Part shown: piece by piece, positions 43,003 to 52,139 of the stretch
Layout of the letters: the number at the start of each line of letters is the position of its first letter
How positions within the stretch are numbered: position 1 is the stretch's first letter
From: Terriglobia bacterium
GTDB taxonomy: Bacteria; Acidobacteriota; Terriglobia; JAJPHL01; JAPKYU01
Length of the DNA stretch: 64,000 nucleotides
Assembly: GCA_965206645.1 (NCBI GenBank)
Contig: CBDBKE010000002.1
Location: 800,001 to 864,000 of the forward strand
Direction of reading: 5' to 3'
Notes under the pieces: model-generated
What the model was told of the DNA's origin: nothing
The model's input: only the letters and a program-made list of their open reading frames with translations
The model's database searches: none
Translations under genes and position numbers: made by a program

Positions 43003-43322
43003 ATGAAGGACGCGCCGAAGGTCTATCTCGCCAGGGCTGGTCGACATGGCGACGACGAGGATTACGCACTTGAGCATAACCTCGCCGTGATCGGCTTCCT
43101 GGAGGTGCCGTCTCTGGCAGGCGCACAAGACTACGACGCGATGGTCCAGCTCGTGCAAGACGCGTTGCCCGATGGGAAGCCTCGCGCCCTCGGGAACTTT
43201 GCCAGACAACTGTGGGCTTTCGCGGAGGCAATGCAGGAGGGCGACCTCGTCGTCTTGCCACGCAAGATCACGTCGCAGATCGCTATTGGCCTGGTCACGG
43301 GGCCGTATCGATACGCCGAGGT
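43003..43322 (+). pseudogene. Mrr-like restriction protein N-terminus, truncated by IS3-A
   Basis: VYLARAGRHG.DE..ALE...IGF...QLWAFAEAMQEGDLVVLP..IAIGLVTGPY. Confidence 0.7.
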
Positions 43323-44572
43323 TAACCAGACCGATTTTTTGTACCAACCGTAGTGAGAGTTTACATCGCAGCCTGGGGCTGTGAAACTGGTTTCAGTGGC
43401 AGGGGAGGGCTATAGGCCCCCGGCGCCGGGGGCCTATAGCCGAGCGCCGAGTGCGGCCGCACCGTGTTGTATTGCACCCTCCACTGTTCAATCACCACCT
43501 GTGCCTCCTTCAACGAGTAGAAGATCTCTCCATTCAGGCATTCGTCCCGCAGCTTCCCATTGAAACTCTCGCAGTACCCGTTCTCCCAGGGACTGCCCGG
43601 TTCGATGTACAGTGTCCCGGTCCCTAGATTTGCCAACCACTGGCGCAGTTGTTTGGCGATGAACTCGGGACCATTGTCGGATCGAATCTGTTCCGGTATC
43701 CCTCGCCACAACATCACGTCCGACAACGCCTCAATGATTTGTTGGCTGCCCATCCTCCGCTCCACCCGGATCGCCAGGCATTCCCGCGTGTACTCATCCA
43801 GCAAGGTCAGCAGCCGCAGCGTTCTCCCCTCGTGCGTTCTGGCACTCATGAAGTCGTAGCTCCACACGTGGTTCGGTCGCTCCGGCCTCAGTCGTACACA
43901 GGAACCGTCGTTCAGCCACAGCCGTCCTCGCGGCCTTTGTTTTTGCGGCACTTTTAGCCCTTCCCGCCGCCAAATCCGCTGCGCCCGGTCCTTGCCCACT
44001 TCCCAGCCCGCACTCCGCAGCAACGCTGTGATCCTCCGGTAGCCATATCGCCCGTGCTTCGCTCCCAGGGCAATGATCGCTCGGGTCAGAGCATCCTCGT
44101 CCACCCGATGAATCGGCTCGTATCGTTGTGTCCCTCGCCATTGCCCCAGCAGCCGGCAGGCATGCCGTTCCGACAACCCGTGTTGCTCCCACGCACGCTC
44201 CACCGCACAACGCCGCCGCTCAGGGCTCAGAAGTTTCCCTGTGCCACATCCCGCAGCACCTGCTTCTCCAGAGAAAGCTCCGCTACCAACCGCTTCAGCC
44301 GCGTGTTTTCCTTCTCCAACTCCTTTAGCCGTTTTGCCTGCACCACCTTCAGCCCGCCGTATTCCTTCCGCCACCGGTAGTAGGTTTGGGTGTGGATTCC
44401 AGCTTCTTTGCAGGCTTGGGGCGCAGTCTTCCCGTTCCCCATCTGCACTTCTATCTGCCGTAGCACCGCTACAATCTGCTCCGGCTTGTAACTCCTTGTC
44501 GGCATGACCTCACTTCCTCCTCAAGTGGATTCTCTCTCTTTCCACTTGGTACAAAAAGTGCCGGTCAGGTCA
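43323..44572 (-). mobile_element. IS3 type A, complete inverted copy (orfA 44505-44227, orfB to 43361)
   Basis: Reverse complement of 36776-38025; one IR mutated; flanks AGGT/TCAC differ. Confidence 0.93.
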
Positions 44573-45194
44573 TCACCGATAGGCTACCCCACTTTTTGAG
44601 CAGGCCAGGAGTCACGCGGTAGGCTCCATCGCGCCATTCGCCAATTGGAACGCACCTGGTCAGGCGCCCGGATACAGACAGCTTCGCACGGACAACAATG
44701 TCACGAGCAGCGATCTTGAGCCTTCGCGTATGGGCGTTGCTCTTGTACTGATCAGGAAGAACCGACCTGGCAGGCAGCACGTTATCAACCACGTACAGTC
44801 CGACCAACCCGTAGACTAGTTTTCGGCTTGCTCGAACCGACCGAAGGCCAGCATAGAAAACCAGCAGGTCACCCTCAGATAGATGCTTGATTCCGGCCCC
44901 GCGCTTGTCACCGTTGTCGCCATAGGTCAGCCAATCAAAGTCGGGGTCTAGGTGCATTGCGCGACGAAGCAAACTTCGCGGGAGTCCCAAACTGCTTTCA
45001 AGGTCAAGCTCGAACCTTAAAGCAAACCGCTGAAGAGCTGGAAGTACCTCACGGTACGATCGCTCCAGACCAGGCCGGAAGGCACGCTTTTCGGGAATTG
45101 GTACGTAGACGAAGTGACCGGATTCTGGATCAACCGGAGCGTTCCATTGCCCGTACGTTTGGTCCACACCCACTCGAATTAGAATCGCTTCCAT
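44573..45194 (-). pseudogene. Nmad3-like (nucleotide-modification-associated) protein, 3' end cut by IS3
   Basis: ILIRVGVD, FVYVPIPE, HLDPDF, LTYGD, GDLLVFYAGL, NAH. Confidence 0.6.
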
Positions 45195-45209
45195 CTCTGG
45201 TAAAGGTTA

Positions 45210-45650
45210 CTACTCGACCTCAAAGCCGCCGCTCCTAGCACAGAAGTCAGCGAATTCCCGAATCACTCGACGCGCGCCGGAGTCCAGTTTGAATGGGATC
45301 GATTCACTCTTGGAGAAATAGCGGGCCGTGCTTTTCTCCTCGGCATTGCCCAATTGCTCAAAGATCTCAAGATAGGCTCTATTCGCCGCCTTCGCAGCTT
45401 CATTGTGTTCGGCGAGGTCGACTATCAGATTTCTGCCTTTCAGCCATGTTCCGAGGCTTTCGGCGATTTGTTTGGATTGTAACGGTGTTATCAAATGCGC
45501 GTCGTTTCCCGCGAATTTCTTATAGACGAGAGTTTCCTTTACTTCCGCCATCATCATTGAAGTTCGCAGTAAGGTCATCTGGTAGACATTGGCTCGAAAA
45601 TAGCCTTTCTCGCCGAGGTCCCTGTCTTTAGCAACCAGATCGAATCCCAT
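45210..45650 (-). CDS. Hypothetical protein (MGxDL...YFRxNV...FC..SGGF type)
   Basis: Clean 146-aa ORF ending 15 nt before the Nmad3-like gene. Confidence 0.7.
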   Translation of the reverse strand: MGFDLVAKDRDLGEKGYFRANVYQMTLLRTSMMMAEVKETLVYKKFAGNDAHLITPLQSKQIAESLGTWLKGRNLIVDLAEHNEAAKAANRAYLEIFEQLGNAEEKSTARYFSKSESIPFKLDSGARRVIREFADFCARSGGFEVE

Positions 45651-45833
45651 TGTAGAAACGTCCCTATCCTACGAAAAATGAACCGGTTCCCGCAAATGTG
45701 TGTTTTTGCGCGCGCGACGCGCACGTGCGAAGGGCTCTGTCCCCAGGGGCCTTCCTGGAAGCGTCACGAAAGCCTGGAGGCACTCTTGATGCGTTCGTCC
45801 ACTCCCTCTCTGAAATTCAGGCAAGATACGTAT

Positions 45834-46440
45834 TCAATTCGACCCTCGAAGCCCCCCCCCCTTCCTCCTGTGCAAGAACAGCTTGCCGCCCTCATCGTGA
45901 ATATGAACGTGCCAATACATCTTCCCGTCATCGCGTCTCGTTTCGTACATCTCTGAGACCCAAGGATCGAAGTCCTTATAAGGAATCAACACTAGCTTGC
46001 TCGCCGAGCCACATCCGAAGGCGACATAGCCCATCTTTGCGTTGAGAAGCATCTCTCGCTGATGAGAATGAAAGGCAAACCAATACTTCTTCCCTGTCGG
46101 CATCTCGTACTCTTTCGACACGGCACAAACGAAGGCAACTTCTTCATCACTCGTCGTGAATGTCGCTCTTGATTGCCTCACTAGCGTGTGCCCTAGCTTT
46201 TCACTGATTCTTTGGATACAGGCACCGTGGAAACTGACCGGTGTAAATGCTTTCTCAGTGCCGGCCGATTTGTCGTCATCCGCGTCCTCAGGCTGGACTT
46301 CCTCCTGAATGTCTTCCTTCGCAGAAAACAATAGGTCTACTCTGCCGTCGACTCTTGTGAATTCCTGCGGATTTAAGATTGCGCGAATTCGAACCGCAGT
46401 CTGTGGGTCTTCTACGCCCTCTTTAATGCCAAGCAGCTTG
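45834..46440 (-). pseudogene. C-terminal part of a hypothetical, possibly restriction-associated protein; 5' end lost to IS3-C
   Basis: Open frame begins inside the IS end; CAVSKEY, YWFAFHSHQ, YWHVHI. Confidence 0.55.
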
Positions 46441-47720
46441 TGACCTGCCGGCTTTCTTCGGACCACCGATTACTGGAGAACAGCGCCAGTCGGCATGGTT
46501 AAGTCGCTCTCGTGTTCTTCTTGGTCAGCGTGAGCCGGCATCGCCGGCGAGCGCCCACCGTCATCCGAGCCAGCACGGAGCTGCGCTTTGAACTCGGCTG
46601 GCGTCAGATAGCCAAGGCTCGAGTGCGGTCGCACGTCGTTGTAGTGCCGTCGCCATTGCTCGATCCCCACCTTCGCGTCCACGCGGTTCCGAAACCACTG
46701 CAGGCTCAGATACTCGTCGCGGAACTTCCCGTTGAACGATTCGTCGGTCGCATTCTGCCACGGCTTCCCCGGCTTGATGAGCGCGGTTTCGATCTGCGCC
46801 TGGAGCAGCCACCGGAGAATCGCACCCGCGACAAACTCGGGGCCGTTGTCGGACCGGAGGTAACGTGGGGCTCCGTGGAGGCTCACGAGCTGCGTGAGCA
46901 CCTCGATAACGCGCCCGGACCGAATGCCGCCGGCCACGTCGATCGCGAGTGACTCGCGGGTCCATTCGTCGACGACGGTGAGGCACTTGAGCGTCTGCCC
47001 ATTCGCGCAGGTGTCGAACACGAAGTCGTACGCCCAGACGTGATTGACCGCAGTGGCGGGCACCGGGCGGGGCCGGCTCAGGGCGACCCGGCGCCGCGGC
47101 CGCCGCCGAGGCACCTGCAACCCCGCCTGGCGCCAGAGGCGATGGGTCCGGTCCGTGCTCATCGTGTGCCCTTCGCGTTTTAGGAAAATCCGAATCCGGC
47201 GATAGCCGTACCGCGGATACTGCGCCGCCAGACGACGCATCGCGGCCAGCGCCGGGGCATCCCGGTCGACCAGCCGCGACTGGTAGCCCAGCGTGGACCG
47301 TGCGACGGAGAGCAAGGCGCACGCGCGGCGACCCGACAGACCGCGTGCACGTGCATACGCGACCTGCGGCCGGCGCACGCGTGCGCCTACCATTTTTTTC
47401 GGGTGATCTCCTTGAGCACGTCGATCTCCAGATCTCGATCGGCCACCATCTTTTTCAGCCGGCCGTTCTCCTGCTCGAGCTGCCGCAGCCGCTTCACATC
47501 GGCGGGCTCCAACGTGCCGAAGTGTTTCCGCCAGGCGTAGAGCGTCTGGGCGCTGACGCCGTTCTTTTTGGCCACCTCCGGAACGGGCCGCTGATCGGCC
47601 TCGCGGAGGATCGTCACCATCTGCTCTTCGGTAAACCGGGTCTTCTTCATGGCTCCCTCGTTTCTCCGAGGGCGCCATTCTCTCAGGCTTCGGCTGGTCC
47701 GGAAATCGCCAGGCAGGTCA
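46441..47720 (-). mobile_element. IS3-family element type C (orfA 47650-47387, orfB to 46470)
   Basis: TGACCTGCC IRs; A7 slippery run; WAYDF, RSDNG, ESFNG; no TSD. Confidence 0.92.
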
Positions 47721-48845
47721 CCCCCAATCGATCCAGTTTAGGGAATTAACCGAGAAGCCTTGATGCCAGACGCGCGTCTTGGTGGACTCTAAAAACGGAA
47801 TACTCTTGAGCGCATGGTGCTCCGAATCAGCCAGGGTGACTAGTTGAATGGGCACCCGCCGGTGCCCAAAGTATGTCTTATCGCCGCCCCTTTGATAGCG
47901 GGCGATAAGCCCACCCAGCGCCTCGTATGCATAGCTGTCATACGAAGGGAATGAGTATCCAATTATGACTATGGACGAAAAGGCACCCAGCGTCCGGTGA
48001 AGATTCTCCCAGAGGTCTAGGATGGCATCGTATCCAAGCAGCTTGTCATAGGCCGGAGGGAGGACGAAGGGGACCACATTTGTCGCCCCGGGACCGCCCC
48101 CTATGGGGAAGTATTCTGTGTGATTGGGGACACGAAAGACTCGTGGCAGGATGTGACTCCCGAACGCCTCCGTCGGGCCTCGTGAAAGAGGCTCTGATGG
48201 AACTGACGGAGATGGGCCGAAGATCGGATCCCGGTTCGGCACATCGTGACCTTCTTCTGTGTGCCAGCGCATTGCGTCGTCATGGTAGTAACGATCGTAC
48301 CAGTCAATCGACCCGTGGAGTTTAAGTAGGTCAACGAACTTTGGTTCAAATCCACCTGGGTCCGTTTTGAGCCACCACTCAGGAGTCAGGGTGTACGGCT
48401 TGCCGATGTCGTCGAGGGCTTGCTCTAAGAGAGTGTCGTAGTTGAAGGTCAGCACAACGTCATTCGGGCATAGCCGCTCAGCGAAATCCCGATACAGAGT
48501 TGGAGTGTCGCTTGGCGTTGCTTGAATGAGTATCCGTTGGATCGCTGTTCGTGCAGCGGCTATTGATCGGCTGCCATGCTCGAAGTACTCGTCGGAACCC
48601 AATAGGCGCAGGTAGTGCTTCCGATGACTATATGCCAGTACGCGTTCCAGATCGATCGACTGACCTGGATACAGCGAGGCCCACTCTCCGATCTCTTGTT
48701 CCAGAGAGCCTTCCCAACCAAAGTCACGAAAGTTGCCTCGGACGTCCTCTCGGACGCGTTCAAGGAGGCTTTTGGCAAGTGGTAGGCCAGCAGGTGCTGA
48801 AAAGCCAGCCCCGAGTATGAATAGACGGCAAAAGGGGAGGTCCAT
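47718..48845 (-). CDS. SIR2-like (SIR2_2) domain protein; stop codon supplied by the IS end
   Basis: LFILGAGFS, LTFNYDTLLE, LLKLHGSIDW, IIGYSFP.YD. Confidence 0.85.
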   Translation of the reverse strand: MDLPFCRLFILGAGFSAPAGLPLAKSLLERVREDVRGNFRDFGWEGSLEQEIGEWASLYPGQSIDLERVLAYSHRKHYLRLLGSDEYFEHGSRSIAAARTAIQRILIQATPSDTPTLYRDFAERLCPNDVVLTFNYDTLLEQALDDIGKPYTLTPEWWLKTDPGGFEPKFVDLLKLHGSIDWYDRYYHDDAMRWHTEEGHDVPNRDPIFGPSPSVPSEPLSRGPTEAFGSHILPRVFRVPNHTEYFPIGGGPGATNVVPFVLPPAYDKLLGYDAILDLWENLHRTLGAFSSIVIIGYSFPSYDSYAYEALGGLIARYQRGGDKTYFGHRRVPIQLVTLADSEHHALKSIPFLESTKTRVWHQGFSVNSLNWIDWG

Positions 48846-49045
48846 GTTCTTAATGTCTAGTTCTCAAGTTCTCAATGTTTAGTGGTGGAGCCGACACGTC
48901 CGCCGAGCATGAGGAACGCTCGCTCAGGCACTAGTCTCAAACAGCCTTCCTTCCAGCTAGCGGACTTCCCGCGTTTCGGCCTCAATCTAACCCCCGACAT
49001 TTCGGGTCTATGCATACTAGGCAAGACGAACTGACAAAAGTCTCA

Positions 49046-50008
49046 TCACCTTCCCGCTCCTTTCGATTTGCCTTTTGCCCGCCGCCGTTTCGGTTTCGCC
49101 TTCATCACGGCTGCCAGCGGCGCTCGCATTTTCTCATAGAGCATGAACAGATGTTCGACGCGTTCCCGCTCGGACGCGAAGCCTTTCGCGCGGTAGAGCC
49201 GATCCACGGCACGGTCCAGGGCTTGGTGCGAGCGGCGCAGGTTGGGCGGCATCAGGTCGGGATCGTAGAGGTCGGCCAGCGTTGCGCCCGGATGGGCGGC
49301 GCGGGCGTCAAGCACGGATTGCGCGAGCGACTCCAGTTTCGACAGGTCCGAGCTTTCATTCCCGAAGCCGGGCGGCGTCGGAAACGTGTTGTAGACGAGA
49401 CCACTAGAGTAGCGGTAATCGCTTTTCAGGCGCCCTCCGACATGGCGCAGCCAGGCCATGTGCATGGCGGAGGTGAGTAGCGCGAAGAGATGCAATGTCG
49501 TGTTTTGAATGATCAATAGCTGATTGCTGGGAATAACGGGAGGCTCCAAATATCCGATTGGAACGTATTCCCGTCGTTCGGAACTCACTTCGGGCACGAC
49601 CAGGAATTCGGCGCTGGGAACAACGGTTACGTGAAACTCTGTCGGCCGATTCGCAAGCGATCTTGCCAACTTACCCGCGTAATTTGTTCTAAACTCCCTG
49701 ACGGCCTGGACCCGTTTCAGCACACTCGGCATGGATCGTAGTAAGGATGGCAGAGCACCTGATGTCAGGAGTATCCATCGCTCCAGGCCGTTGATATGTT
49801 CGCGACCGCCGATAAAGGGCCTGAGCAGGCGGGTAGCCTCCGGCTCCCGTGTCAGGAGTTCCTCTCTTTCCTCCCTGTCCAGGATATAGTGGCCGCCATC
49901 GACAGGCTTGGTGCCGACACCGATTTTGCGAAGGTTGGATATGGCGTTTCGACGTCTATCAACTACGAGATGAGAATTGCCCAAGTGGCTCGCGTCTACG
50001 AGATAGGG
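49046..50008 (-). pseudogene. MmeI-like type IIL R-M enzyme, C-terminal target-recognition part; 5' end lost to IS5
   Basis: VPEVSSERREYVPIG, HMAWLRHVGGRLKSDYRYS, TLADLYDPDLMP, LDRAVDRLY. Confidence 0.85.
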
Positions 50009-51070
50009 GGCGTTGTTGCAGAAATCTGCCTCCATCCCCAACGCTCTCCCCCCTGATAGGCTAGGGGATGGGCAAAAGCGACTACACCTTCCGATATAAG
50101 GTTCGCAACTGGCCGGAGTACAACCGGGCTCTGGTGAAACGTGGGCAGCTGACACTGTGGTTCGACACGGAGGCAGTCGCTGCCTGGCGTCATCCAGGAC
50201 CCTTCGAAGGGCGAGGCCGGCCCAAGGTCTACGCAGATGCGGCGATCCAATGTGCGCTGGTCCTGAATTCGGTGTTTCACCTCAACCTACGGACCACTCA
50301 AGGGTTCCTTCAATCCATCGTGGCGCTCATGGCTCTCGACCTCCCAGTGCCCAACTACAGCACGGTGAGCCGAAGGCAAAGCGCCGTCGACGTCCGACTG
50401 AGTGTAGGGCCCACGGATCGACCACGACATGTCGTCATCGATTCGACGGGCCTGAAGATCTACGGAGCCGGTGAGTGGCACATCAGAAAACACCGAACCC
50501 TCCGCCGTAGGACATGGCGAAAGCTCCACCTAGGCGTCGATGAGACGACGAAAGAGATCGTTGCGATGGACCTGACTGCGAGCAACGTCCACGACGCCCG
50601 AAGGCTCTCTTCGTTGCTGTCTAAGACTCCTGGTTCGATCGGGCAAGTCTCCGCAGACCGGGCCTACGACACGGGTTCCTGCTACGAGGCCGTACTCCAG
50701 CACGACGCTATCGTGACGATCTTGCCGCGACGCAATGCACGATGCAGCCGAGACTCTCATCCGCCTCCGTGGCGTGCGATGCGTGATACCCATCTCCGGC
50801 GTATTAGGACACAGGGCCGTTATGAGTGGCGGAAGTCGAGTGGCTGCACTCGCCAGAGCGTGGCGGAGAATGCGGTCTCACGGTACAAGGCGATACTCGG
50901 GGTAAGCCTCTCGGCCCGCACGGTCAAGAACCAAAAAGTCGAAGCCGCGATCAAGTGCGCTGTGCTGAACCGGATGGCGGAGCTTGGAATGCCACGATCG
51001 GAGCGCGTGTACTGAGGCGGATGAGCTTCTCGGCCCGGTTCGCCGCGAGCGCGAATTACGCAACAACGCC
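50009..51070 (+). mobile_element. IS5-family element, full copy (transposase 50068-51015)
   Basis: Same IRs and length as 14110-15171. Confidence 0.93.
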
Positions 51071-51730
51071 GTAGGTGCATAGTCAGGTTTCCGATCTCGG
51101 GCTGTTGGCCGAGACGGGGCGCCCGCGGCGCGCACGAGCCTCGGCGTCGAGCGGATCGATGCTGTGGCTGACATAGGGATACTTCAAGGTCGAGGACATC
51201 GCCGGGTGCGAGGCCGGCACGACGTTGATGCACTACGCCAATCGCGGGGCTTGCCGGGGCTGCGCTTTGAAGGTGCAGTGCACGAGTAACAGCTACCGGC
51301 GCATTGGACGGTACGCGGATGAGGCGGTGCTGGACCGCATGGCAGAGCGCCTCGCCGACCGGCCCGGAGTGCTGCACCGCCGCCGGGAGTCCGCCGAGCA
51401 CCCCTTCGGCTCGATCAAGCACTGGATGGGCCACGGCGGGTTTCTGATGCGCAGGCTTGAGAACGTTCGGGGTGAGTTCAGCTTGACCGCTCTGGCCTAT
51501 AACATCCGCCGTGCGACAACCTTGGCCGGGATTCCGGAACTGATCGCCGCGGTCCGTCCGTGATCGCCCGCGTGGGGCGTTCAAACCAGCTGGAATCGCC
51601 CCCCCAAGGGCCTGTTGCAACGCATCAGGGCGCATGGCATCAGCGAATCGACGACAACCCACTCACGGCCCAAATCCCAGGCCTCTCACAGCGCAAAATT
51701 CGACTCGGTCCTACTTTTCACACAGTCTCG
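51071..51730 (+). mobile_element. Degenerate IS1182-family 3' part
   Basis: QVSDLGLL..LGVERIDAVAD..YF, CRGCALKVQCT, EHPFGSIK, ALAYNIRR; end TTTTCACACAGTCT. Confidence 0.8.
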
Positions 51731-51849
51731 TTCCTTTACGCAATCCCATCTATCGATATTCTTCAGATCATCTTCCAGCGGTCGGCATGGCTCATGGGAT
51801 TGTACAATTGCCTTGCCCGGCAATCGTTTCTCCGAAGAGCTGTCGCCCT

Positions 51850-52075
51850 TGCCCTTAGTGTCGGATTGCCGCAATCTAAACAGGCGGGAGATCCTTGGCT
51901 TTCCATTAGACATAAAGGCCATGGATGCCAGCTTGCGTGGGGCCCTCGACAGGCTAGCTAAGACGCTGCTGAAGAGCACTCACGGATTCTCAGGATGAGT
52001 TACTCGAAGTGGGGGGCGATGGATATTCAGTGCATCTACCCGAAGGCGAGCAAATCCATTAACTCTGATTAACGT
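51850..52075 (+). pseudogene. Degenerate C-terminal scrap of an Eco57I-like type IIG methyltransferase
   Basis: SDCRNLNRREILGFP and, in a shifted frame, IQCIYPKASKSI. Confidence 0.45.
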
Positions 52076-52139
52076 TCGGTATGATCCATTCGATGGCCGG
52101 TGCGGTTGCGGGATCGGGTAGGGCAGGCCGCATGATGTA

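Noticed and set aside
48883-48900. tRNA 3'-end att site (TGGTGGAGCCGA)
   Set aside because: Only about 12 nt of resemblance, with no T-loop GTTCGA complement
14100-51080. A 37-kb IS5 composite transposon, suggested by flanks GTGGCTGCAT and GTAGGTGCAT (8 of 10 match)
   Set aside because: The right flank translates as IS1182 transposase, not the missing TPR N-terminus; IS903-type duplications are 9 bp and should match exactly
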